DNA of 64,000 bases. Origin: Macrostomum hystrix (lineage: Eukaryota > Animalia > Platyhelminthes). The stretch is taken from assembly GCA_950097015.1 (NCBI GenBank), contig CATNEN010000001.1, positions 7,936,001 to 8,000,000 on the forward strand, read 5' to 3'. Under the pieces are notes generated by a model. The model had not been told where the DNA came from and ran no database searches. It saw only the letters and a program-made list of their open reading frames with translations. Positions 50,567-61,850 of the stretch are shown here, in pieces. Positions within the stretch are counted from its first letter, which is position 1. Each line of letters begins with the position of its first letter. Position numbers and translations under genes: made by a program.

Positions 50567-50821
50567 TCAGTTGAATTCTGGCTGGAAGCAGTAAATACAA
50601 TTTCTTTTTACCACCGGCTCGTCCGGATGTTGAGCAGCGACGAAAAGTACATTGTTGTGCCCATCCCAGGCCATTGGTCCGGGCTTTACTCTGGTAGCTA
50701 GCTTCAGTTCGTTTTTCTCGTCTGGCAATAGACTGAGGTAGCTAGATCTGCTGCACACCAGGTTGCTACCGCTTGAGTACTTTTGAGTTGACAGTTTGTG
50801 GAAACCAATCGTATAGTTTTC
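50567..50821 (-). CDS. Beta-propeller (NHL-like) protein, exon 5 (terminal)
   Basis: tcaaaag|GAA, phase 0: ENYTIGFHKL...KPGPMAWDGHNNVLFVAAQ...NCIYCFQPEFN*. Confidence 0.65.
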   Translation of the reverse strand, partial: ENYTIGFHKLSTQKYSSGSNLVCSRSSYLSLLPDEKNELKLATRVKPGPMAWDGHNNVLFVAAQHPDEPVVKRNCIYCFQPEFN

Positions 50822-50909
50822 CTTTTGATGAAAGTTGAATTGAAAATAGAAAACTCAGTGATTGTGTCTTTGTTCGAGAATTTTTTGAAAAAACTTAAAA
50901 TAGCCGCTT

Positions 50910-53900
50910 TAAGGTCAAATGACTTTGGTGTCAGAAGATTTCAGATCAGTTGATTTTGAATCAGGTGGATTTTGAGTCAAATGATTTTGAGTCAGTTGAT
51001 TTTGGGTCAGGTGGTTTTGGGTCAGGTGATTTTGGGTTAGGTGATTTTGGGTCAGGTGATTTCGGGTCAGGTGGTTTTAGGTCAGGTGATTTCGGGTCAG
51101 GTGATTTTGGGTCAGGTGATTCTGGGTCAGTTGATTTCGGGTCAGGTGGTTTTGGGTCAGGTGATTTCGGGTCAGGTGGTTTTGGGTCAGGTGATTTCGG
51201 GTCAGGTGATTTTGGGTCAGTTGATTTCGGGTCAGGTGGTTTTGGGTCAGGTGATTTCGGGTCAGGTGATTTTAGGTCAGTTGATTTTGGGTCAGTTGAT
51301 TTTGGGTCAGTTTATTTTTGGTCAGGTGATTTCGAGTAAGTTGATTTTGGGTCAGGTGATTTTGGGTCAGGTGATTTTGGGTCACTGGATTTCGAGTTTG
51401 GTGATTTTGGGTCAGGTGATTTTGGGTCAGGTGATTTCGGGTTAGGTGATTTTGGGTCAGGTGATTTCGGGTCAGGTGGTTTTGGGTCAGGTGATTTCGG
51501 GTCAGGTGATTTTGGGTCAGTTGATTTCGGGTCAGGTGATTTTGGGTTAGGTGATTTTGGGTCAGGTGATTTTGGGTCATTTGATTTCGGGTCAGGTGGT
51601 TTTGGGTCAGGTGATTTCGGGTCAGGTGATTTTAGGTCAGTTGATTTTGGGTCAGTTGATTTTGGGTCAGTTTATTTTTGGTCAGGTGATTTCGAGTAAG
51701 TTGATTTTGGGTCAGGTGATTTTGGGTCAGGTGATTTTGGGTCACTGGATTTCGAGTTTGGTGATTTTGGGTCAGGTGATTTTGGGTCAGGTGATTTCGG
51801 GTTAGGTGATTTTGGGTCAGGTGATTCTGGGTCAGTTGATTTCGGGTCAGGTGGTTTTGGGTCAGGTGATTTCGGGTCAGTTGATTTCGGGTCAGGTGAT
51901 TTTGGGTCAGTTGATTTCGGGTCAGGTGATTTTGGGTTAGGTGATTTTGGGTCAGGTGATTTTGGGTCATTTGATTTCGGGTCAGGTGGTTTTAGGTCAG
52001 GTGATTTCGGGTCAGGTGATTTTAGGTCAGTTGATTTTGGGTCAGTTGATTTTGGGTCAGTTTATTTTTGGTCAGGTGATTTCGAGTAAGTTGATTTTGG
52101 GTCAGGTGATTTTGGGTCAGGTGATTTTGGGTCACTGGATTTCGAGTTTGGTGATTTTGGGTCAGGTGATTTTGGGTCAGGTGATTTCGGGTTAGGTGAT
52201 TTTGGGTCAGGTGATTTCGGGTCAGGTGGTTTTGGGTCAGGTGATTTCGGGTCAGGTGATTTTGGGTCAGTTGATTTCGGGTCAGGTGATTTTGGGTTAG
52301 GTGATTTTGGGTCAGGTGATTTTGGGTCATTTGATTTCGGGTCAGGTGGTTTTGGGTCAGGTGATTTCGGGTCAGGTGATTTTAGGTCAGTTGATTTTGG
52401 GTCAGTTGATTTTGGGTCAGTTTATTTTTGGTCAGGTGATTTCGAGTAAGTTGATTTTGGGTCAGGTGATTTTGGGTCAGGTGATTTTGGGTCACTGGAT
52501 TTCGAGTTTGGTGATTTTGGGTCAGGTGATTTTGGGTCAGGTGATTTCGGGTTAGGTGATTTTGGGTCAGGTGATTCTGGGTCAGTTGATTTCGGGTCAG
52601 GTGGTTTTGGGTCAGGTGATTTCGGGTCAGTTGATTTCGGGTCAGGTGATTTTGGGTCAGTTGATTTCGGGTCAGGTGATTTTGGGTTAGGTGATTTTGG
52701 GTCAGGTGATTTTGGGTCATTTGATTTCGGGTCAGGTGGTTTTAGGTCAGGTGATTTCGGGTCAGGTGATTTTAGGTCAGTTGATTTTGGGTCAGTTGAT
52801 TTTGGGTCAGATTATTTTTGGTCAGGTGATTTCGAGTAAGTTGATTTTGGGTCAGGTGATTTTGGGTCAGGTGATTTTGGGTCACTGGATTTCGAGTTTG
52901 GTGATTTTGGGTCAGGTGATTTTGGGTCAGGTGATTTCGGGTTAGGCGATTTTGGGTCAGGTGATTCTGGGTCAGTTGATTTCGGGTCAGGTGGTTTTGG
53001 GTCAGGTGATTTCGGGTCAGGTGATTTTGGGTCAGGTGATTTCGGGTCAGGTGATTTTGGGTTAGGTGATTTTGGGTCAGGTGATTTTGGGTCATTTGAT
53101 TTCGGGTCAGGTGGTTTTAGGTCAGGTGATTTCGGGTCAGGTGATTTCGGGTCAGTTGATTTTGGGTCAGTTTATTTTAGGTCAGGTGATTTCGAGTAAG
53201 TTGATTTTGGGTCAGGTGATTTTGGGTCACTGGATTTCGAGTTTGGTGATTTTGGGTCAGGTGATTTTGGGTCAGGTGATTTCGGGTTAGGTGATTTTGG
53301 GTCAGGTGATTCTGGGTCAGTTGATTTCGGGTCAGGTGGTTTTGGGTCAGGTGATTTCGGGTCAGGTGATTTTGGGTCAGGTGATTTCGGGTTAGGTGAT
53401 TTTGGGTCAGGTGATTCTGGGTCAGTTGATTTCGGGTCAGGTGGTTTTGGGTCAGGTGATTTCGGGTCAGGTGATTTTGGGTCAGGTGATTTCGGGTCAG
53501 GTGTTTATGGGTTAGGTGATTTTGGGTCATGTGATTTTGGGTCATTTGATTTCGGGTCAGGTGGTTTTAGGTCAGGTGATTTCGGGTCAGGTGATTTTGG
53601 GTCAGTTGATTTTGGGTCAGTTTATTTTAGGTCAGGTGATTTCGAGTAAGTTGATTTTGGGTCAGGTGATTTTGGGTCAGGTGATTTTGGGTCACTGGAT
53701 TTCGAGTTTGGTGATTTTGGGTTAGGTGATTTTGGGTCAGGTGATTCTGGGTCAGTTGATTTCGGGTCAGGTGGTTTTGGGTCAGGTGATTTCGGGTCAG
53801 GTGATTTTGGGTCAGTTGATATTGGGTCAGTTTATTTTAGGTCAGGTGATTTCGAGTAAGTTGATTTTGGGTCAGGTGATTTTGGGTCACTGGATTTCGA

Positions 53901-55725
53901 GTTTGGTGATTTTGGGTCAGGTGATTTTGGGTCAGGTGATTTCGGGTTAGGTGATTTTGGGTCAGGTGATTCTGGGTCAGTTGATTTCGGGTCAGGTGGT
54001 TTTGGGTCAGATGATTTCGGGTCAGGTGATTTTGGGTCAGGTGATTTCGGGTCAGGTGATTTTGGGTTAGGTGATTTTGGGTCAGGTGATTTTGGGTCAT
54101 TTGATTTCGGGTCAGGTGGTTTTAGGTCAGGTGATTTCGTGTCAGGTGATTTTGGGTCAGTTGATTTTGGGTCAGTTGATTTTGGGTCAGTTTATTTTAG
54201 GTCAGGTGATTTCGAGTAAGTTGATTTTGGGTCAGGTGATTTTGGGTCGGGTGATTTTGGGTCAGGTGATTTTGGGTCAGGTGATTTCGGGTCAGGTGAT
54301 TTTGGGTCAGGTGATTTTGGGTCATTTGATTTTGGGTCAGGTGATTTCGGGTCAGGTGATTCTGGATCATTTGATTTTGGGTCATTTGTTTTCGAGTCAG
54401 TTGATTTTAGGTCAGGTGATTCTGGGTCAGTTGATTTCGGGTCAGGTGATTTTAGGTCAGGTGATTTCGAGTAAGTTGATTTTGGGTCAGGTGATTTTGG
54501 GTCAGGTGATTTCGGGTCAGGTGATTTTGGGTCAGGTGATTTTGGGTCAGGTGATTTTGGGTCAGGTGATTTTGGGTCACTGGATTTCGAGTTTGGTGAT
54601 TTTGGGTTAGGTGATTTTGGGTCAGGTGATTCTGGGTCAGTTGATTTCGGGTCAGGTGGTTTTGGGTCAGGTGATTTCGGGTCAGGTGATTTTGGGTCAG
54701 GTGATTTCGGGTCAGGTGATTTTGGGTTAGGTGATTTTGGGTCAGGTGATTTTGGGTCATTTGATTTCGGGTCAGGTGGTTTTAGGTCAGGTGATTTCGG
54801 GTCAGGTGATTTTGGGTCAGTTGATATTGGGTCAGTTTATTTTAGGTCAGGTGATTTCGAGTAAGTTGATTTTGGGTCAGGTGATTTTGGGTCACTGGAT
54901 TTCGAGTTTGGTGATTTTGGGTCAGGTGATTTTGGGTCAGGTGATTTCGGGTTAGGTGATTTTGGGTCAGGTGATTCTGGGTCAGTTGATTTCGGGTCAG
55001 GTGGTTTTGGGTCAGATGATTTCGGGTCAGGTGATTTTGGGTCAGGTGATTTCGGGTCAGGTGATTTTGGGTTAGGTGATTTTGGGTCAGGTGATTTTGG
55101 GTCATTTGATTTCGGGTCAGGTGGTTTTAGGTCAGGTGATTTCGTGTCAGGTGATTTTGGGTCAGTTGATTTTGGGTCAGTTGATTTTGGGTCAGTTTAT
55201 TTTAGGTCAGGTGATTTCGAGTAAGTTGATTTTGGGTCAGGTGATTTTGGGTCGGGTGATTTTGGGTCAGGTGATTTTGGGTCAGGTGATTTCGGGTCAG
55301 GTGATTTTGGGTCAGGTGATTTTGGGTCATTTGATTTTGGGTCAGGTGATTTCGGGTCAGGTGATTCTGGATCATTTGATTTTGGGTCATTTGTTTTCGA
55401 GTCAGTTGATTTTAGGTCAGGTGATTCTGGGTCAGTTGATTTCGGGTCAGGTGATTTTAGGTCAGGTGATTTCGAGTAAGTTGATTTTGGGTCAGGTGAT
55501 TTTGGGTCAGGTGATTTCGGGTCAGGTGATTTTGGGTCAGGTGATTTTGGGTCAGGTGATTTTGGGTCAGGTGATTTTGGGTCAGGTGATTTCGGGTCAG
55601 GTGATTTTGGGTCAGGTGATTTTGGGTCAGGTGATTTTGGGTCACTTGATTTTGGGTCAGGTGATTTCGGGTCAGGTGATTTCGGGTCAGGTGATTTTGG
55701 GTCAGGTGATTTTGGGTCAGGTGAC
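50910..55725 (+). repeat. 15-bp minisatellite (gtgattttgggtcag)n, ~4.8 kb, with higher-order periods
   Basis: Read directly; marker variants recur at 360/390-bp and ~1005-bp spacing. Confidence 0.97.
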
Positions 55726-55746
55726 TTCTGGTTCTTCTTGTCTCAC

Positions 55747-55965
55747 CTGAGAAGAGGTAAATATGGTGTGTAATCGCTCAGCGTAGGTCACATAGTTCGG
55801 ACCGCTGTGGATGTCTCTAGAGGTGAACTTGCCGGACTGTTGATTGGATTTGACAGACGGTACGACTCCCAGTTTAAGGAACGGTGTCAAATCTGACAGC
55901 TGCAGAGGCTGTATTGGCAGATGGTAGAGCTGCAGACCCCACGGATTGCTTTGGTCTGTGTCCTC
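55747..55965 (-). CDS. Beta-propeller (NHL-like) protein, exon 4
   Basis: caatcag|GAG...CAG|gtgaga, phase 0/0, open: EDTDQSNPWGLQLYHL...GPNYVTYAERLHTIFTSSQ. Confidence 0.62.
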
Positions 55966-56009
55966 CTGATTGAGTAAATTTATTTTGATTACTTCTGATA
56001 CCCAGTACT

Positions 56010-56458
56010 ATCTGACAACAAGTACTTCCCTTCTGACACAAAGTACTTCCCTTCTGACACCAAGTACTTCCCATCTGACACCAAGTACTTCCCTTCTGAC
56101 ACAAAGTACTTCCCTTCTGACACCAAGTACTTCCCTTCTGACACCAAGTACTTCCCATCTGACACCAAGTACTTTTCATCTGACACAAAGTACTTCCCTT
56201 CTGACACCAAGTACTTCCCTTCTGACACCAAGTACTTCCCTTCTGACACAAAGTACTTCCCTTCTGACACCAAGTACTTCCCATCTGACACCAAGTACTT
56301 CCCTTCTGACACAAAGTACTTCCCTTCTGACACAAAGTACTTCCCTTCTGACACCAAGTACTTCCCATCTGACAACAAGTACTTCCCTTCTGACACCAAG
56401 TACTTCCATCTGACAACAAGTACTTTCCATCTGACAAAAAGTACTGTCCATCTGACAC
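56010..56458 (+). repeat. 21-bp minisatellite (aagtacttcccttctgacacc)n in intron 3
   Basis: Read directly. Confidence 0.93.
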
Positions 56459-56527
56459 TAGGACTAGTATGTGACTAATCGAAATGGCAGCCCCGTATGG
56501 CAGATTCCATGCCAAAAAGTAGCTCAC

Positions 56528-56810
56528 TTGATGCAGCATGCTCTCAGTGACCATTAGTATCTGGTTGAATGAGCAGACATCCCACGGCCTGCACATTTGA
56601 CCCAGGCCAATCTTCAATTCTCCGTCTAGGCTGGGATAATTCAAGCGTTTAACGCAGTCGAATTTGCTGTTGCTGCTAGTGTAGGTGTGAAATACGTACT
56701 CGGTGTGCTTGGCAACGTTGCCTAAAGCAAGACGGCCGATGTACATTGGCATGTCGCGCGAGCGCCCACCGTACTGGTAGCTCTCCTCTTCGGTGAGAAC
56801 GTACTTGTAC
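56528..56810 (-). CDS. Beta-propeller (NHL-like) protein, exon 3
   Basis: gtgcag|G...CAA|gtgagc; YKYVLTEEE...GQMCRPWDVCSFNQILMVTESMLHQ is NHL-blade-like. The exon may extend to ~56459 via a weaker donor. Confidence 0.62.
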
Positions 56811-56847
56811 CTGCACAAATATCGCCGGCAGTGAATCGTGAACTTGT

Positions 56848-57612
56848 TCTGACACCTGACTCTAGATCACCTGACCCTAGATCACCTGACCCTAGATCAC
56901 CTGACCCTAGATCACCTGACCCTAGATCACCTGACCCTAGATCACCTGACCCTAGATCACCTGACCCTAGATCACCTGACCCTAGATCACCTGACCCTAG
57001 ATCACTTGAATCTAGATCACTTGACTCTAGATCACCTGACCCTAGATCACCTGACACTAGATCACCTGACCCTAGATAACCTGACCCTAGATGACCTGAC
57101 CCTAGATCACATCTGACCCTGGATCACATCTGACCCTAGATCACCTGACCCTAGATCACCTGACCCTAGATCACATATGGCACTAGATCACCCGAATCTA
57201 GATCACCTGAACCTAGATCACCTGACCCTAGATCACCTGACCCTAGATCACCTGACCCTAGATCACCTGATCCTAGATCACCTGACCCTAGATCACCTGA
57301 CCCTAGATCACCTGATCCTAGATCACCTGACCCTAGATCACCTGACCCTAGATCACATATGACACTAGATCACCTGAACCTAGATCACCTGACCCTAGAT
57401 CACCTGACCCTAGATCACCTGACCCTAGATCACCTGATCCTAGATCACCTGACCCTAGATCACCTGACCCTAGATCACCTGATCCTAGATCACCTGACCC
57501 TAGATCACCTGACCCTAGATCACATATGACACTAGATCACCTGAATCTAGATCACCTGACCCTAGATCACCTGACCCTAGATCACCTGACCCTAGATCAC
57601 CTGACCCTAGAT
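56848..57612 (-). repeat. 15-bp minisatellite, minus strand (gtgatctagggtcag)n, in intron 2
   Basis: + strand (ctgaccctagatcac)n; 13/15 identical to the 50910-55725 unit in the opposite orientation. Confidence 0.95.
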
Positions 57613-57634
57613 CTCTGATCCCAGCTCAGCTCAC

Positions 57635-57814
57635 AGGCTTATTCTGGTGCCCCACATCGACAAGAGCAAGCAGTTATCCTCCGTGAAGGCGATGAAGTCA
57701 GTTGGCAAGTTGATGTAGTGACAGTTTGTGTCGTCAAGCAGCCCGCCCTCCAAAATGGGATAAATACAGATGCCCTCGCTGAAGTGAGTGACGACCAATT
57801 CTAGTCGGTTTAAC
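57635..57814 (-). CDS. Beta-propeller (NHL-like) protein, exon 2
   Basis: gcacag|G...CT|gtgagc, phase 2/2, open: LNRLELVVTHFSEGICIYPIL...TDFIAFTEDNCLLLSMWGTRIS. Confidence 0.62.
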
Positions 57815-57900
57815 CTGTGCAGGTCAGTTGTTAAACAATTTAGAAAGTTTGATAATTCATGATGACACGAAAACTATCAGAGAGACCCAAACGGACTTAC

Positions 57901-58019
57901 GCAACATTCATGTGCACCTTCAGATCGCTAATGCTCGGCCGATTGGGTAAGAAATAGTTCAGCTTCAATGAGGAAAAGTTGCAATTTGATAAAAATCCAT
58001 CGAATTGATCAGTGATCAT
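57901..58019 (-). CDS. Beta-propeller (NHL-like) protein, exon 1
   Basis: ATG at 58019, MITDQFDGFLSN...VHMNVA; donor GC|gtaagt in phase 2, 86-bp intron to exon 2. Confidence 0.55.
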
Positions 58020-58279
58020 AGCTTCGCTTTATATATTTTATGTGACTTAATTTGAAATTAAGAGCTCTTAATTAGCATTAAGATTGAGACGACTCATTTT
58101 AACCATATAAATTCCAGAAGGCCATCACAAGTTTTATGTCTATGGTAATTCAAGTCGAATGAATTGCAAGGTGTCAAAATTATTTCGAATGCCTGATATG
58201 GCGATCAGATAGCTACTACTGATCCGTCTATTCTTATTCTTAACCACCCGAACAGTCTCCTAACCCCACGCCGAAATGA

Positions 58280-58530
58280 TCTCTCACACACACCAACCCA
58301 ACGCCGCAATAATCTCCCACCCTCACCAACGCCACGCCGCAATAATCTCCCACCCTCACCAACCTCACGCCGCACCCATCTCTCACCCTAACCAACCACA
58401 CGCCGCACCAATCTCTCACCCTCACCAACCCCACGCCGCAACAATCTCTCACCCTCACCAACCCCACGCCGCACCAATCTCTTACACTCAAGCCCACCCT
58501 AGACCACAAAATTCTCTCACCCTCACGCCA
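58280..58530 (+). repeat. 33-bp C-rich minisatellite between two divergent genes
   Basis: (atctctcaccctcaccaaccccacgccgcacca)n read directly. Confidence 0.88.
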
Positions 58531-58747
58531 TAATATTGTTGTACACAAATTCTCTGACCCTGAAGCCCACCCCCACACCGTAAATACACGATATACTTTA
58601 GCTCATAAGCTTCATTGAAAACGCGCAACGCATGAACCTACGAATTACAGATTTTGTCTTTGGCTGAAACTGCGCCTTAGAGCTGAAGGAAGTTAGTGTC
58701 TTTTGTTCGCAAATTCACTTGATCAAACAGAAAAACTAAAGCTAGAA

Positions 58748-59426
58748 ATGTGTCACAAATGGCTGCAATGTCTACTATTCGACTGGACAAGAGCCAAAGC
58801 CAGAAGAGGCTTTTACATCACCGGCTGTTTCGTGTCCGCAGTGGCCATCACATCCTCTTTGGTCAGCCTGATAGGCTTTGCTATCGATTATTCAGATGGA
58901 CAGCCACTCTATGATGGCCTGTCATCAATGAGCCATCGCATTGGTTATGTCCTGTGCCTATTGTTAGCTCTGCTGGCCTGTCTGCCACCGATGATTTTTG
59001 GCGCCATCGCTCTGCAAGACCAGCCAAGATGCGAACAACTCAACTTCCCTGGTCCATCGTATGCTCTGGCAAATTTTAACAATTTCCATTGCCACGGCAG
59101 TGTCACCAGGTATCTATTGTTAGCCACACTGTCCGCCGCGACAGTCATTCTCAGCAACACAATGTCAGTTGTTGTTCTGCATTCTGGCATTGGCTGGCTA
59201 TTCGATCAAGATTTCCAGCTGCAATCCAAAACTGTCAGCGAGAATGATCACAAACGTACTGGAAGCACTTCGATGGCTGTTGACCGGGTGCAGAAACGCT
59301 TGAGCTGCTGCGGACTTAGCGGACCTAATGATTGGCTCACGATCAGCGGTCATCACAATTCGCAGCATGGACCTCCCAGAAGCTGCCTAGCTCAAGTGCA
59401 AGATAGTGATGTTCGCAACGCTAATG
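58748..59426 (+). CDS. Divergent tetraspanin, exon 1 (TM1-3 and EC2 with CCG)
   Basis: Three hydrophobic segments, then VDRVQKRLSCCGLSGPNDW and PPRSC; donor G|gtaagc in phase 1. Confidence 0.8.
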
Positions 59427-59433
59427 GTAAGCT

Positions 59434-60270
59434 AACCTGTTCGACAAAAAACTACCTGTTGCGCAGATTCCCACTGTTTGACAGTTATTTACCTGTTCGA
59501 CGGGAATTCTTACCTGTTCGATAGATTCTTACCTGTTCAACATATTCTTACCTGTTCAACAGATTCTTACCTGTTCAACAGATTCTTACCTGTTCAACAG
59601 ATTTTTATTTACCTGTTCGACAGATTCTTATTTACCTGTTCGACAGATTCTTATTTGTTCGACAGATTCTTACCTGTTCGATAGATTCTTACCTGTTCGA
59701 CAGATTCTCACCTGTTCGATAGATTCTTACCTGTTCGATAGATTCTTACCTGTTCGATAGATTCTTACCTGTTCGATAGATTCTGACCTGTTCGACAGAT
59801 TCTTAATTACCTGTTCGACAGATTCTCACCTGTTCGATAGATTCTTACCTGTTCGATAGATTCTTACCTGTTCGACAGATTCTTATTTACCTGTTCGACA
59901 GATTCTCACCTGTTCGACAGATTCTTATTTACCTGTTCGATAGATTCTTACCTGTTCGATAGATTCTTACCTGTTCGACAGATTCTTATTTACCTGTTCG
60001 ACAGATTCTTATTTACCTGTTCGACAGATTCTTATTTACCTGTTCGACAGATTCTTACCTGTTCGACAGATTCTCACCTGTTCGACAGATTCTTATTTAC
60101 CTGTTCGATAGATTCTTAATTACCTGTTCGACAGATTCTTATTTACCTGTTCGATAGATTCTTACCTGTTCGATAGATTCTTACCTGTTCGACAGATTCT
60201 TAATTACCTGTTCGACAGATTCTTATTTACCTGTTCGACAGATTCTCACCTGTTGGACAGATTCTTACAT
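59434..60270 (+). repeat. 19/23-bp minisatellite acctgttcgaYagattctt(attt) filling the tetraspanin intron
   Basis: Read directly. Confidence 0.93.
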
Positions 60271-60360
60271 ATTCTATTAATAGCCGGTTTGATATTTGAA
60301 GCGATTGAAAAATGTCTCTAGTTTTTTAATAAGTTCCAATATTTGAGCATCACCACTTAG

Positions 60361-60605
60361 ATGAGTTCATTATCACTTGCCAATTAAACTCCAATCGCCC
60401 ACTCTCCTACGAAACATCGGTGACAACGGTAACATCGACAGCCACGCTCATCAGCTCCGATGGTTGCGCGTCGATTATAAGTGGCGAGCAGGCTTTAATT
60501 CGCGGCATCAGCAACATGCTGATGTTTCTCAACGTTCTGCTGCTTCTGGCCGCTTGGACGAGGGTCGAGAGAGTCGCCGAGGTCACAGCACAGAATGTCA
60601 AGTGA
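60361..60605 (+). CDS. Divergent tetraspanin, exon 2 (GC motif and TM4)
   Basis: cacttag|AT matches phase 1: DEFIITCQ...SSDGCASII...ISNMLMFLNVLLLLAAW...NVK*; 307 aa in total. Confidence 0.75.
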
Positions 60606-60739
60606 GACCAATGAGTCGAAAAATCCTATTCATTAGGACGTTGATAAGTTCATGATGCACTCCCAACAGTCCCTGAACAGTAGAACTACCAAGGGGGAAT
60701 TCCCAATAATTGACAATTGGTTTTGCGCTGCACCCGAAC

Positions 60740-61240
60740 GGAACGACGCAAGCACAAGAAACTCAAGAACACGGGCCAACTTTTTGTTGCGCATTTTCTG
60801 AAACAAGAACCTCAAGAGCCAGCTATTCAGGCCGTCGAGATATTCAATGGTTCTGGCCGAAGGTCACATTTTTCCCATAAGCGCTAGTGCATTTCATACC
60901 CCCCTACACACAAACTAGCATTGCGCCTCAGTGCGGCCTTGTCAGGGCTTCAAAATTTATCAGCATGTCACCCGAATGTGCCTGCATCATCTCCGTCTTT
61001 GGTGGTCACCTTTGTCTAGACGGATTTGCTGGACCTTCAAGGGCTACAATAGGTGGAACTAGGCCACTATGGACACCCTGACGCAAATTTATCCAATTTC
61101 ACTGATCAAGCCTAAATATTAGGCGCAGCTGAACCACAGGACACCATCGCCTAGTCTGTCAACCAATCAGTCACCACCCAACGCTGTTAGCATTCAGGAG
61201 CTGCCAAAAAGGGGGGAGTCCCTCCCTTGGTATAAAAACG
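60740..61240. mobile_element. Unclassified ~480-bp interspersed repeat, copy 2
   Basis: Colinear with 23419-23898, with an extra ~35 bp near 60925-60960. Confidence 0.75.
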
Positions 61241-61255
61241 TATCCTACTGTTAAA

Positions 61256-61715
61256 CGCACACACACACACACACAAACACAGATAACCCTATGCAGGCAG
61301 ACACTAACACTGCAGGTTTGTACACCTGCCTTGACTTTTTTCATCATCAAGCAGTGTACAATTTCCTGTGCTTTAGACTTTAGAGGTTGGTCCTAAAAGG
61401 CCTCTCGAGAATCGTCGAGATATTCAACAGGTCACCAGGGTCTTTGACAAGAATCGCTGAATATTTTGACGATGCTGACTCGGACGGCTTTAAAATTAGT
61501 TCATCGTAAAGGGCGGAAATATTCACAATTGGGGACTTTCACGAAGATCGGTCATTCGGTTTGGGGGGCTGTGGTGAAGCAGGCAGTGGTTATTCAAAGT
61601 CCCTTATTCAAGGTCTTTCAACTCTTAATTGCACGACAAGCCCCCAAGCTGTCTCTCCGCGGATGGCCTCGCCGCAGATTCGAGCTCAGGGACCTTTGTG
61701 CGAGAGGCAGATGCG
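61256..61715 (-). mobile_element. Diverged SINE copy interrupted by a ~220-bp insert
   Basis: 61256-61400 and 61627-61715 match the SINE body and tRNA head (aattgcacgacaagc...tcgagctcagggacct). Confidence 0.65.
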
Positions 61716-61850
61716 TACAATCTCAAGTAATTAATAATAAGTTGGCGATTACCATATACTCGCTAGTTCAAACTGGTATCGATTAATGGCAGTTGCAAGC
61801 CTAGCCTTCCTAGCCCGTACACGATGAACCATAACAACCAAACCTCATAG

